Program-made: the position numbers and the translations under genes
Origin: an uncultured Chloroflexia bacterium
GTDB taxonomy: Bacteria; Chloroflexota; Limnocylindria; Limnocylindrales; CSP1-4
Length of the DNA: 64,000 nt
Assembly (NCBI GenBank): GCA_963731635.1
Contig: CAVSWB010000002.1
Coordinates: 418,465-482,464, forward strand
Reading direction: 5' to 3'
Shown: positions 36,560 to 46,370 of the stretch, in pieces
Layout: each line of letters starts with the position of its first letter
Numbering within the stretch: the stretch's first letter is position 1
The notes under the pieces: generated by a model
The model's input: only the letters and a program-made list of their open reading frames with translations
What the model was told of the DNA's origin: nothing
The model's database searches: none

Positions 36560-37864
36560 ATGCCTAGGAACGTATCACGCCGGATTCCGCTGGCCGCAAT
36601 AGCTGGCGTCCTAGTGGCAGCGACGGCGATGGGAGCGCAGACCGGTTATGCGGCCGCCGCGACGCCATACCCCGGCGAAACGCTCGACCCAAGCGGGATC
36701 TCCCTGGTGGGGCTGACTCCGTACCAGGTCCGAACTATCAATGACCAGCAGGCTCAGGCATATTCGAGTGCCATGGATCTGGCCCAGAGGAACCCGAACG
36801 ACATGGGGTATCCGTGGCTTGATACCGCCACCAACGTGCTGACCTTCGCTCCGACAACTGGTCGGGGGGAATCACTCGCCGTGGCAGCCACGACCGCAGC
36901 CACGACCGGCTCTGTGTCTCGGTCCATCCAACCGGCACAGGCCTCGATCGCTCGACTTTCGAACATCGCTGACTTGGTGACGCGTCTCAACGCCAAGGGT
37001 GTCGCGCACGCAGATCTGATCTGGAAAACATCGCCGGACGAAGAGCACAATCGGACCATCATCACTGTCAGCGCCCTCAACAGCGACCTGATGTCCACCC
37101 TAGCAACGTCGTTTGGCACCAATCTCATCGCAGTTCGGATAGACCCGCACAAGCTAATGGCATCCTCGGACACCCGTTCGAGGGACACAAGCCCGTTCTG
37201 GGGAGGAGCCAACGTTTACGTTCCCGCGGGCCAGTGCTCCACCGGGTTCCCTTGGAACGTCGGTGGTGGCGTCTACGGCATGCTGACCGCAGGGCATTGC
37301 GCGCCTACGGGCGGCACCGTATCTAACGCTGCTTACTATCCCAACACCTGGGGGACTGTCACCAGCGGTTCCGAAGAGAACTGGCAAACCGGCAGCGGTA
37401 CGGCCTACTACAACGGGCAGAGCACCTATAGGGGCGATGTGTCGCTTATCCGCATCGACCACGGAGCCACGTCCCAGGCCGAGATCTATACCAATGACGG
37501 CACCACCAGCCGGATAGTGGGCGCAATGAGTGGCTGGGTTGGTCTCGGAAACTCCGTCTGTTTCAGTGGCAACGTTACGAACTATTGGTGTGGCATGGTC
37601 ACCGAGACAGGCGTGAATATGTGGTACGCCGGCGATGGGGTGAACGTTTGGGCGAGGAACGTTGACGATGCGTCTGCCGTAGGGGCCACGTGTCCGACAC
37701 ATGGCGACTCCGGCGGCCCCGTCTATCAGTGGCGCTCCGACGGGAGAGCGATCGCGCAGGGCATCCTGAGCGGGTCAGCGCCGGAAATTCTCGCTTGCGA
37801 CATGTTCTTCACCGACATCAATAACTCGTACATCGCGCTCCCTGGTTACTTGATGGTGAGTTAG
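36560..37864 (+). CDS. Secreted S1 (chymotrypsin-fold) serine protease, alpha-lytic/streptogrisin-like with N-terminal pro-region
   Basis: Signal peptide RRIPLAAIAGVLVAATAMGAQTGYAAA. Catalytic His in LTAGHCA and Ser in GDSGGPVY. Pro-domain plus mature domain layout of S1E proteases. Confidence 0.8.
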   Translation: MPRNVSRRIPLAAIAGVLVAATAMGAQTGYAAAATPYPGETLDPSGISLVGLTPYQVRTINDQQAQAYSSAMDLAQRNPNDMGYPWLDTATNVLTFAPTTGRGESLAVAATTAATTGSVSRSIQPAQASIARLSNIADLVTRLNAKGVAHADLIWKTSPDEEHNRTIITVSALNSDLMSTLATSFGTNLIAVRIDPHKLMASSDTRSRDTSPFWGGANVYVPAGQCSTGFPWNVGGGVYGMLTAGHCAPTGGTVSNAAYYPNTWGTVTSGSEENWQTGSGTAYYNGQSTYRGDVSLIRIDHGATSQAEIYTNDGTTSRIVGAMSGWVGLGNSVCFSGNVTNYWCGMVTETGVNMWYAGDGVNVWARNVDDASAVGATCPTHGDSGGPVYQWRSDGRAIAQGILSGSAPEILACDMFFTDINNSYIALPGYLMVS

Positions 37865-37942
37865 CGATCGCACGAGGATATCTATGATCTGAGGGCGGGC
37901 GGCCACTAGGTCGGCCCGCCTTCTCATGACCGTGCACCGACT

Positions 37943-38401
37943 TTGACGTTTCGCCGACCAGCAAAGGGAATTGTGCCGATGACATCAGATGTGGGTGAAG
38001 CCACCCAGCGAACCAGGAGGAGGAGGCCCAAGGTGAGGCGACGCTGGCTTGCGGCGGCGGTGTGCCTCGTTGTGGTCCTATTGTCAATACGTGCTCTAGA
38101 CCGCGATACGCGGATCGACTACTACCGAGTCCTCGACCCGCAGACGATCGGCGTTGAGACTACTGGCGGGGCGGACTCATGGACACGGATCACGAGCGTG
38201 GTTGAGACTTCGTCGAGCGTGACGATCAAGGTCAGCTCGCTTTCGGTGCCTTTCCTGCCCGGCACGGCGGACGGCAGGTTCGTGGAACTTAGCGTAAGGC
38301 TGAGTCAGCCGCTCGGAGTGCGGGCGGTCATCGATGGCAGTCGTGGCGACACGCTCGCTCCAGCGCCGAGTCCCTGGCCCCCGCAACTCGGGAATCCCTA
38401 G
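37943..38401 (+). CDS. Hypothetical membrane-anchored protein
   Basis: Arg-rich N-terminus then a single TM (WLAAAVCLVVVLLSI) and about 100-aa extracytoplasmic domain. A minus-strand ORF overlaps (38177..38650), so this call is weak. Confidence 0.35.
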   Translation: MTFRRPAKGIVPMTSDVGEATQRTRRRRPKVRRRWLAAAVCLVVVLLSIRALDRDTRIDYYRVLDPQTIGVETTGGADSWTRITSVVETSSSVTIKVSSLSVPFLPGTADGRFVELSVRLSQPLGVRAVIDGSRGDTLAPAPSPWPPQLGNP

Positions 38402-38929
38402 GAGCTTGGGCGACCGGTCTGGGTCCCGAGTCGACACGACGAACTCGCGGTCATCCACGGATAACCGCAGCGGTGCTCGGAACAACGCCACTTCTGTAGC
38501 ACACCCAGCCCCGGCGCGGGATCGCGAGATCGATCGTTCCGACGCGGGTGTCCCAGCGGTGTTCCCGATATCTATTGCGGGTTGTTCGGCATCGCCGTCC
38601 GCACTCGCCTTCCGCAGCATCTCGAGCACGGCCATCCTGTCCTCGGCCATCGCGGTGTTCCTTTCGTCGTCGGTTGCAACTCCAACGACGCGAGAATGAC
38701 GCGATGGCCGCTGTTGTGGTCGGCCGGTTCAGCTGTTACACCACGTTGCTGGGTGATCTAGTCAACAGTCTATTGACATTGGCGGTACGCTGACTTTGGT
38801 TCGGTCGAGACCGCGAGGGCGGTGGCAGGAGACTCCGGCGAGGGAATTGGGGTCCGACGTCAGCGACTTGGTCCGTAGAAGCTGCTGCCACGGCGTCGGG
38901 CCTCAAAGCGTTCGTTGGAGGGAAGCGCA

Positions 38930-39841
38930 ATGAGTTTCTCAGTTGATGGAACCCTGGCCTACCCGAGACATGGAGGCCGATGCAGGTGGTCCGTCTTTGG
39001 TGCCCTGGTCGTCGCGTGCGCGATAGCCGTTCTCGCCGCGTCGCCAGCTTTCGCAGCCGATCCGAATGTCACAGTCCAATCGACGAGCGGCTCACCAGGA
39101 ATCGCGATTGATCCGAATGGTCCACGCACGCCAGCACAGCTGGGATACACCCAATCCTACGCTGACGCCAAGCACGCCCAGTTCAATGCCGCGGTCGCAG
39201 CCAAGACAACATCCGGGAACGTATCGCCGGCAGGCCAATACTATTCCGAGCAGCTGAATGGCTACGTCCAGTACCACCAGAAGACAGACCACTGGTGCCT
39301 AGCGGCCGATCTTCAGAGCCTCCTCGCGTGGAACTTTGGGACTGCCACGTACGTCGGGTCCAGCGTGCTGACGCATCAAACGACCATCGCGACAGCCATA
39401 AATACGGGCCCATATGGAGCCGACGACTATACCGCCCTTGCGTACGCAAATAGCGCGTTCAGCTATTGGGGCAAGAACTTCCGCTATGTTCCGACCTACG
39501 ACATGACGTCCGCCGCCTTTCAGAACCAGATTACAAACGAGATCGACATCTACTACGAACCCCTGTACGCCCGGGTCAACGTCAGCAGTCCCTACTACGT
39601 TTGGCATCAAACAGGCACTGCATACCACGCGACATTGAGCGTCGGATACTCAAGCAATGGTTTGACTACCATGATCGGCGATCCGTTCACCGCCAGCACG
39701 AGCGGCTGCCCGGAAGGCATCGGCTATCCAGGCTACAGCCCTAACCCTGACTATGGCTGTGTCTACTGGGGTTTCTCTACCTCTAGCTACTACAGGGCCG
39801 TGAGCGGCATGGTCAATGGCGAGGACCCGGAGTGGTTCTAG
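38930..39841 (+). CDS. Secreted protein, putative papain-like/C39-like cysteine peptidase
   Basis: Signal peptide VFGALVVACAIAVLAASPAFAADP. Candidate Cys-His dyad in DHWCLAADLQSLLAW and TAYHATLSVGY. Lower GC than surroundings. Confidence 0.45.
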   Translation: MSFSVDGTLAYPRHGGRCRWSVFGALVVACAIAVLAASPAFAADPNVTVQSTSGSPGIAIDPNGPRTPAQLGYTQSYADAKHAQFNAAVAAKTTSGNVSPAGQYYSEQLNGYVQYHQKTDHWCLAADLQSLLAWNFGTATYVGSSVLTHQTTIATAINTGPYGADDYTALAYANSAFSYWGKNFRYVPTYDMTSAAFQNQITNEIDIYYEPLYARVNVSSPYYVWHQTGTAYHATLSVGYSSNGLTTMIGDPFTASTSGCPEGIGYPGYSPNPDYGCVYWGFSTSSYYRAVSGMVNGEDPEWF

Positions 39842-39863
39842 TTCCGGGCCTGGAAGACCGCGC

Positions 39864-41096
39864 ATGAGGCGAGCCGCATGCAGTCTCCTGGCCGCATCGA
39901 TGATGATTCTTGTGTCGGCGGGTTGCCACTCGGGTCCGATTGTCTCGCCCCGTTCGAGCCCGCCGACTAACCAACACATCCAAGACAGCGCTTCGGCGTC
40001 ACTGCCCTTCGTCGCGCAGTCCCCGACATCGGTGGCGCCCACTGAGACTACTGCAGGCTCAACAACTCCCCCAGCCTTTGATGTGGTCGCGCTTCCGGAC
40101 TCGTATCGCGAACACCGAATGTCTTCGGATGGACCACGCGTCGTGTTGGACGAGGTCCCTTCCACGAACGACGCCAACGTCGGGAGTGTTGTCATCGTCG
40201 ATCTTGCGACGCACACCTGGGAACCGCTCGCGGATGCGGCGTCGGGCTACCAACCGTGGAACCCGGTCATCCGCGGCGACACGGCCGCTTGGGTCGAGTG
40301 GAAGTACGCCAGCCCGCCGGCCTCTGGATCGTGCTCATGGCGGATTGTCGTGATGAGCCTGAGCAGCGGGAAGAGCCACGTGATCGCGAGCGGGACCAAC
40401 ACGCGGTTTCAAGGCCTCGGTGCTCCGCCGCCGCCTCTCGCTCTCGATGGCACACAACTCGCCTACGCTGTCCAGGCGACCTCGGGTTCAAGGCCTTTCG
40501 GCTGGCAAATCCGCGTGTTGGATCTGGCTAGCGGGCGTGTCCAGCGGACGATCGACACTGGCGAGGAGATCTACGGTTTCGGCCTCTCCAACGGTGCCGT
40601 GGCGTACTCCGAGGGACTTGTCGATGAGGGCCGCGGCTTCGTCTACAAGACGAGGCTTATGCTCTCGACGCTCGAGAGGCCAGCTCCACGCCAGCTCGCG
40701 TCTGATGCGTTCGAACTCTCCTTCCGCGATGGCAGGCTGGCCTGGGCGGCCGACCCAACCAGTAGCCAGGAGCGGGGAGGGCGCCCGGCTGCACCGCGCG
40801 TCTGGACGGCCGCGGATCCCGATTGGCGCCCAGTTGCCGTCGCGGACCAGCCATCGGACTCTGTCCAGCAGGCGTGGCCCGCAGCTTCGCAACTGGGAGT
40901 GAGCTTCACCGCGATGGATCCAACAAATCCGGATCCGAACGGGCTTATGCTCTGGTTCTGGGATCCTAAGACGGGTCGGGCAGATGCAGTTCCGGGCTCT
41001 GAAGGAACGATTCTTTCGAGTCAGGGTTCGGGCTGGCTTACCTTCGCCGGCGGCCTAGGAGACGCGGTCACCGTCTCAGGTTTGGCCAAGCCATAA
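39864..41096 (+). CDS. Lipoprotein with beta-propeller-like repeats (TolB-like, unknown function)
   Basis: Lipobox LLAASMMILVSAGC followed by a Ser/Thr/Pro linker. Repeated segments of the form ...G..LA/WA...D suggest a propeller. Confidence 0.5.
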   Translation: MRRAACSLLAASMMILVSAGCHSGPIVSPRSSPPTNQHIQDSASASLPFVAQSPTSVAPTETTAGSTTPPAFDVVALPDSYREHRMSSDGPRVVLDEVPSTNDANVGSVVIVDLATHTWEPLADAASGYQPWNPVIRGDTAAWVEWKYASPPASGSCSWRIVVMSLSSGKSHVIASGTNTRFQGLGAPPPPLALDGTQLAYAVQATSGSRPFGWQIRVLDLASGRVQRTIDTGEEIYGFGLSNGAVAYSEGLVDEGRGFVYKTRLMLSTLERPAPRQLASDAFELSFRDGRLAWAADPTSSQERGGRPAAPRVWTAADPDWRPVAVADQPSDSVQQAWPAASQLGVSFTAMDPTNPDPNGLMLWFWDPKTGRADAVPGSEGTILSSQGSGWLTFAGGLGDAVTVSGLAKP

Positions 41097-41356
41097 GCTT
41101 GGTCGGACACTGGCGTGCTGGCGGCCCCTAAGCCTGGCCGTGGACCAAGGTCGCGGCGATCGAGGCCGGCACCACAATCCGACGGCGGGAACGGCCGGCT
41201 CTCGTAGAGCCTCCAAGATGATGACCTGGCGAGCCGGACTTGGCAGCTTCGCTGGCATCTTCGCCGGCGAACAGAGGCGGACGGCGAGGCGCCAGGTCGG
41301 ATCACCTCGCGCTCAAATCGAACGCTGACGGACCCTCGCGACCGCTCTAGAGCACC

Positions 41357-41410
41357 CTTGAAAACCGCAGACCGGAAGGTCCCAGGGTTCGAATCCCTGC
41401 CTCTCCGCCA
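41357..41410 (+). repeat. att-like junction B: divergent 3' half of a tRNA-Ser (cttgaaaaccgcagaccggaaggtcccagggttcgaatccctgcctctccgcca)
   Basis: Retains the anticodon-loop 3' side, a variable arm, a T-arm and the acceptor CCTCTCCGCCA, but differs from the intact tRNA in the variable and T arms. Flanked by 'ccggtagcaa' motif repeats. Confidence 0.6.
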
Positions 41411-41544
41411 AGAATTTGAGCGTGAATAGGCCATTTGTATCGCTGAAACCGGCACATTCTGTCCGAAGCCGGTAGCAATCCGTGGTAGCAACTGAACCGC
41501 CCTGGGTCTGATGGAGGCTCCATCTCTTGGAGGATGATGGAGCA

Positions 41545-41886
41545 ATGTCAGAGAACCAAGGCAGTCACGACCACCGTCACCGTTACCCGCCAGAGCTTCG
41601 AGAGCGCGCCGTTCGGATGGTCTTCGAGACGATCGAGCAGTCCGGCGAACGCACCGGTGCCGTCACCCGAGTAGCTCGCAACCTCGGCGTCGGAACCGAG
41701 TCGCTTCGCCAGTGGGTCCGCCAGGCCGAAGTCGACAAGGGCGCTCGAGCCGGCCTCACGACCGAAGAGCGCCGGCGCATCGTCGAGCTCGAGAAGGAGA
41801 ACCGGGAGCTGCGCCGCTCCAACGAGATCCTCAAGAGCGCCGCAGCTTTCTTCGGGGCGGAGCTCGACCGCCGCTCGCAGAAGTGA
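41545..41886 (+). CDS. IS3-family transposase OrfA (HTH)
   Basis: RYPPELRERAVRMV...GAVTRVARNLGVGTESLRQWVRQ HTH and leucine-zipper-like RRIVELEKENRELRRSNEILK, typical of IS3 OrfA. Confidence 0.8.
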   Translation: MSENQGSHDHRHRYPPELRERAVRMVFETIEQSGERTGAVTRVARNLGVGTESLRQWVRQAEVDKGARAGLTTEERRRIVELEKENRELRRSNEILKSAAAFFGAELDRRSQK

Positions 41887-42767
41887 CCCGCTACATCGAT
41901 CAGAACCGTGGCTCCTATGGGGTCGAGCCGATCTGCGCTGAACTGCAGATCGCCCCCAGCTCCTACTACGCCGCTCGCAGTCGGCCCCCATCGGCGCGGG
42001 CCGTTTCTGACTCGATGCTCAAAGACGTCATCATTCGCGTTCACCGGGCCAACTTCGGGGTATACGGGGCCCGCAAGGTCTGGAAGGCCCTCCACCGCCT
42101 GGGCATGGACGCTGGCCGCGACCAGGTCGCCCGCCTGATGAAGGCCGTGGCACTGCAGGGCGTCACGCGGGAAAAGACGATCCGGACGACCAAACCCGAC
42201 GATCAGGCTTCCCGACCGGCCGACCTCGTCGAGCGCAGCTTCACCGCATCGGGGCCCAATCGGCTCTGGCTCGCTGACCTCACGTATGTCTGGACCGACG
42301 CCGGCTTCGCCTACACCGCCTTCATCACCGATGCCTTCTCGCGACGGATCGTCGGCTGGCGGACGAGCGCGAATCTCCGGACCGATCTCGCGCTCGACGC
42401 CCTTGAGATGGCGCTCGCCTTCCGGGGAAAGGAGCTGCCCGGCCTGGTCCACCATTCCGATCGCGGAGTGCAATACCTCGCCATTCGCTACACCGAGCGC
42501 CTCGATGAGGCCAAGGCCGTCAACTCCGTCGGGAGCAAGGGCGACAGCTACGACAACGCCCTGGCCGAGTCGGTCAACGGCCTCTACAAGGCCGAGCTCA
42601 TCCGCCGGCGGAAACGCTGGCGAACGCTCGGGGAGCTCGAACTCGCGACCGCGGCGTGGGTTCACTGGTACAACATCGAGCGGCTCCACGGCACCTGCGG
42701 CGACATCCCTCCGGCCGAGTTCGAGGAGGCCTACTATCGCCAACTAGAAGAGGCGCATGCCGCCTGA
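41883..42767 (+). CDS. IS3-family transposase OrfB (DDE integrase core), expressed as OrfAB via -1 frameshift near the end of orfA
   Basis: DDE motif context: LWLADLTYVWTDAGFAYTAFITDAFSRRIVGW (D), HHSDRGVQY (D), DNALAESVNGLYKAE (E). The frame is -1 relative to orfA. The exact slip site is not resolved, so the 5' coordinate is approximate. Confidence 0.75.
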   Translation: MTRYIDQNRGSYGVEPICAELQIAPSSYYAARSRPPSARAVSDSMLKDVIIRVHRANFGVYGARKVWKALHRLGMDAGRDQVARLMKAVALQGVTREKTIRTTKPDDQASRPADLVERSFTASGPNRLWLADLTYVWTDAGFAYTAFITDAFSRRIVGWRTSANLRTDLALDALEMALAFRGKELPGLVHHSDRGVQYLAIRYTERLDEAKAVNSVGSKGDSYDNALAESVNGLYKAELIRRRKRWRTLGELELATAAWVHWYNIERLHGTCGDIPPAEFEEAYYRQLEEAHAA

Positions 42768-43110
42768 TTCCAATTCCGGGAGTCTCCACGATTCCCAGGG
42801 CGGTTCAAACGGCGCACACAGCCGAACAGCGCCGAACAGAGCGCAAGGTCCTCAGACCGGACTCCATTGCCAGCATGCACCTGTAGTCTCGACGTCCGCG
42901 ATCCTTGTACCGAACAACCTCAGCGCGGCGGTGAGAAGGGGCGACCGACAGCGAAGAACTCGGAGAGAGCGCGATCTCGTCGGCTGAGGTGGTCGACTTC
43001 GGCGCTAGCCGCCTCCAGTGCGCTCTATGATCACGTCAAGTGGCCCCACCGTGATCACCAGAGTTGGCCCCACCCCGACCGGTGTGATGGCCTTCTGACA
43101 GGTCTCTAGA

Positions 43111-43893
43111 TCAGGTCGCTGGCGATCCCTCCTTTCGCTTTGTCTGGCTGGTCCGGAGCCGATACGAGGCCGATCCGGTCTCGAGAATGTGGGCCCGGAA
43201 TGTGAGCCGGTCGACGACCGCGGCCGCCAGGCGCGGGTCGGTGAAGGTCTGGCCCCACTCGCTGAATGGGGCGTTGGACGCGACCGCGATCGAGGCTCGC
43301 TCGTCGCGTTCGGTCAGAACCTGGAAGAGCAACTCGGCGCCCCGACGATCCAGATGGAGGTAGCCGAGTTCGTCGAGACAGAGCAGGTCCAGGCGCCCAT
43401 AACGGCCGATGACTCTGGAGAGTTCGCGCTCGTCCTCGGCTTCCACGAGCTCGTTGACGAGGGCCGCCGCAGTCACGTAGCGAACCCGGCGACCCTGCTC
43501 GCAGGCGGCGATGCCAAGACCGATCAGCAGGTGCGTCTTGCCGGTCCCGGAATTGCCCAGCAGCACGACCGGCTCGCCCTCACCGATCCAGTTGCAGGTT
43601 GCGAGAGCCGCCAGAGTCCCCGGAGCGATCGTTGGCGTGGCGCCCAGATCGAACTCGGAGAGGCGCTTGATGCGAGGGAAGCGGGCTTCGGCGATCCGGC
43701 GCTCCCGTCGCCGAGACTCCCTGTCCTCGACTTCGGCCGCGAGCAGTTCGGCCAGATACGCCCGGTGGGTGACCCGATCGCGGACGGCCGCAGCGGCAAG
43801 CTCGTCGGCCTGCGCGCGGACGGTCGGCAGATGCAGGACGCGGGTGGCAACGTCGATCCCGACCGAGGCCGCTTCTTCGGTCAGACCTCTCAT
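43111..43893 (-). CDS. istB: IS21-family helper ATPase IstB
   Basis: Walker A LLGNSGTGKTHL and Walker B LLCLDELGY in an AAA+ DnaC-like fold. Confidence 0.85.
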   Translation of the reverse strand: MRGLTEEAASVGIDVATRVLHLPTVRAQADELAAAAVRDRVTHRAYLAELLAAEVEDRESRRRERRIAEARFPRIKRLSEFDLGATPTIAPGTLAALATCNWIGEGEPVVLLGNSGTGKTHLLIGLGIAACEQGRRVRYVTAAALVNELVEAEDERELSRVIGRYGRLDLLCLDELGYLHLDRRGAELLFQVLTERDERASIAVASNAPFSEWGQTFTDPRLAAAVVDRLTFRAHILETGSASYRLRTSQTKRKEGSPAT

Positions 43894-45467
43894 CGGGTGG
43901 TCCCCCCAAGGAGGCCGTCATAGACGGTCAGGGCCGGAGCCGACCGGTCATAACGTGCCAGATGGGTGGCCGAAGGAACGGTCGAGCCGGTCGGGCCGCG
44001 GTGCTCGGCGATCCGTCTGGCCTCGATGGCCACGAGGGCAGCATCTGCCGAGCCCATGGAGTTGACGGCTTCGAGAGCGGCGTGGACCGCCGGGAATGGC
44101 ATCCGTCGGTGGAGCAGGAGCACCTCGATAAGCGCCCGCGTGCCGCCCGCGTCGCCGAACTTGCGTCGCGCCCTGGCCCAAAACGCCTCATGTGCGGCCG
44201 TGAGCACGCCCCGCTCACGGGCCTGATGGGTCGCGAGGGCACCGGGCATCGCGCCTGGCTTGCGGGACAGGATCTCCAGATAGTGGTCGAGCACCAGGGT
44301 CTGGCTGCCCCGGATCGTGCTGCGCTCGTGGGAGGCGACGACTGTGCCGCCATCGACGACCTCGATGCGGGTGCCACCGATCCGAGCAGATAGCTGCCTG
44401 CCGGCGTATCTGGCGGGCACCGAATAGAAGCATTGGCGGACGCAGACCCGGGCCTTGGAGTCGACCCGGACGGTCGCGATCCGGGCCGCATCGAAGGGAG
44501 CATCAGGCAGCGGTTGCAATGCCGCCCGATCGGCCTCGCCCATCGTCCCGACGGTCAGACGGCGGGTGCCGATGTGGCGGGCGAGGTCGCGCCGGTCCGC
44601 CTCTTCGAGGCGGCGGTTGAGATCGGCGAGGCTCTTGACCTTGGGCACAGGCACGAAGAAGTGGCGGCGCTGGCGGCCGACCTCGCCCTCGATGCCGCCC
44701 TTCTCGTGGGCACCTTCCTCGCCCGGGATGCAGAAGAAGGAGTCGAAGCCATAGTGGGAGCGCAGGGCGATGAAACGCTCGGTCTCGGTTCGGTCTCGTC
44801 CACGCAGGACCCGGGCCACAAGGGAGCGGGCGTTGTCGTATCGGATCCGGGCCGGCACCCCGCCGATGCGGGCAAAGGCGGTGACGTGGCCCTCGAGGAA
44901 CGCCTCCTGGCCCTCCGATCCGAAGGCGACGTGGATAGCGACGCCCGAATGGGACAGGCGCAGCTCGAAGACCGAGACCGAGGTGCGCTCGCCGGCCATG
45001 ATCACGTCGGCGAGACCGAAGTCGACCTGGGCTTCCGAGCCAGCCAGATGATGAGCCACGATCGCAACGTCGCGGTGCTCGAGGTGCAGCTCGCGGCGGC
45101 ACTCGCGGACATAGCGGCGGACGGTGCTCTCGGCCACATCGGCGCCGTGCTCATCGACCAGACGCTCCCAGATCCGCCGGGCCGTGTGGCGCTGCTTTCG
45201 CGGTGCGTCGGCATCGGCGACGAGCCAGGCCCGGATGGTGGCCGCATGCGGTCCGACCGCCGGTGCGACCCGCGACTCGACGGGCTTGCGTGGCGGCGGG
45301 ACCGCGCAGGCGAGGGCCTGGCGGACCGCTCGCCGGTGCACCCCATGACGGCGCGCCAACTCGCGGATCGACACCCCTTCCTCCCGGTGGTCTCGGCGGA
45401 TACGCTCGAACTGCTCCACCCTCGACAACTCCTTCCTCCGTCGCTCGTGATGGCCTCGCAAGACCAA
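43890..45467 (-). CDS. istA: IS21-family transposase IstA
   Basis: N-terminal HTH (IRRDHREEGVSIRELARRHGVHRRAVRQAL) and a DDE core (QVDFGLA..., ...YDNARSLV...) typical of IstA. Length 525 aa. Confidence 0.85.
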   Translation of the reverse strand: MVLRGHHERRRKELSRVEQFERIRRDHREEGVSIRELARRHGVHRRAVRQALACAVPPPRKPVESRVAPAVGPHAATIRAWLVADADAPRKQRHTARRIWERLVDEHGADVAESTVRRYVRECRRELHLEHRDVAIVAHHLAGSEAQVDFGLADVIMAGERTSVSVFELRLSHSGVAIHVAFGSEGQEAFLEGHVTAFARIGGVPARIRYDNARSLVARVLRGRDRTETERFIALRSHYGFDSFFCIPGEEGAHEKGGIEGEVGRQRRHFFVPVPKVKSLADLNRRLEEADRRDLARHIGTRRLTVGTMGEADRAALQPLPDAPFDAARIATVRVDSKARVCVRQCFYSVPARYAGRQLSARIGGTRIEVVDGGTVVASHERSTIRGSQTLVLDHYLEILSRKPGAMPGALATHQARERGVLTAAHEAFWARARRKFGDAGGTRALIEVLLLHRRMPFPAVHAALEAVNSMGSADAALVAIEARRIAEHRGPTGSTVPSATHLARYDRSAPALTVYDGLLGGTTR

Positions 45468-45572
45468 TCGAGCCTACGGAATTGAGGTCGGGGGTGGGGC
45501 CAACTCTGATGATCGAACCGGCCGAAAGTGGGGCCGGTTTAGGTCTCGTATGCAACAGCAGACGTAGAGTGT

Positions 45573-46370
45573 ATGATCCAGCATATGAGCGACCTGCGGG
45601 ACTGGATCCTCGGACTGCCCGGACATGGCCAGTACACGTTCTCGACGCGGGATGCCTGCGACCAGCAACCTGCCATCAGCGCCGCGAGCACGAACGCTGC
45701 GCTCGCGCGGGCGGAGGCTGCGGGCCTGATCGTCACGCCCGTCCGCGGTTTCCACGTCGTAGTTCCCCTAGAGGATCGGGGAGTTGGCGCACCGTCCTGG
45801 CGCATCTTCCTCGACCCGATGATGACGCACCTCAGTCTCACGTACTACGTTGGCCTTTTGACCGCGGCCGCCCAACATGGCGCTTCTCCTCAGGCGGGCC
45901 AGATTACGCAGGTGGTTGTGCCACGGCAGAGACGGCCCATTGATGTAGGCCGAGGCCGGATCGAGTTCGTGGTCTGCCAAGACACGGCGAGCGCGCCGAT
46001 CGAGTTCGTAAACGCGCCGTCGGGCCGCTACCGCATGGCGACGCCGGAACTCACTGCCCTTGACCTCGTCCGCTATAGCTCCCGTGCCGGGGGGTGGGGG
46101 AACGTCATGAGCGTCCTGCGCGACCTCGCACCCGCGCTTCGCCCGAGTCACTTTCGGCCTGTACTTGCGATGGAGCCCGCGGCAGCAGACATCGCGCGGC
46201 TCGGCTATCTCCTCGAGCAGCTTGGCGCGGCCGACGCAGCGGCCCCGCTCCGCCGTTGGATCGAGGTGCGCCCGGAAAGCTGGGTGCCGCTCGTGCCGGG
46301 GTCCGGCCGAGCCGGAGTCCGCGATCCGCGTTGGCGGATCGTCGTCAACGAATCCATCGAGGCCGATTGA
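45573..46370 (+). CDS. AbiEi-family antitoxin/transcriptional regulator (type IV toxin-antitoxin/abortive infection)
   Basis: N-terminal wHTH-like region, and gene immediately upstream of, and overlapping (TGATG), a DUF1814 nucleotidyltransferase. 265 aa is a typical AbiEi size. Confidence 0.65.
   Translation: MIQHMSDLRDWILGLPGHGQYTFSTRDACDQQPAISAASTNAALARAEAAGLIVTPVRGFHVVVPLEDRGVGAPSWRIFLDPMMTHLSLTYYVGLLTAAAQHGASPQAGQITQVVVPRQRRPIDVGRGRIEFVVCQDTASAPIEFVNAPSGRYRMATPELTALDLVRYSSRAGGWGNVMSVLRDLAPALRPSHFRPVLAMEPAAADIARLGYLLEQLGAADAAAPLRRWIEVRPESWVPLVPGSGRAGVRDPRWRIVVNESIEAD

Larger units (their letters stand above)
41493..42807 (+). mobile_element. IS3-family insertion sequence (orfA/orfB with -1 programmed frameshift), 14-bp perfect terminal inverted repeats TGAACCGCCCTGGG, 3-bp target site duplication AAC
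   Basis: IRL at 41493-41506 and IRR at 42794-42807, both seen directly. TG...CA termini. Flanking AAC at 41490-92 and 42808-10. The uninterrupted target (ggtagcaacggcgcacac) is present intact at 49900. Length 1315 bp. Confidence 0.85.
43038..45538 (-). mobile_element. IS21-family insertion sequence (istA-istB), boundaries approximate
   Basis: istA and istB are tandem with a 4-bp overlap. Imperfect terminal inverted repeats share gatca(c/t)cagagttggccccacccc at 43050-43077 and 45488-45515 (reverse complement). The outer ends are estimated from the extent of IR similarity. Confidence 0.6.

Noticed and set aside
38177-38650. 157-aa minus-strand ORF overlapping the 37943..38401 plus-strand membrane-protein ORF
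   Set aside because: The two overlap by 225 bp. Neither has a recognisable motif. I kept only the plus-strand call (TM helix, co-oriented with the flanking secreted genes) and at low confidence.
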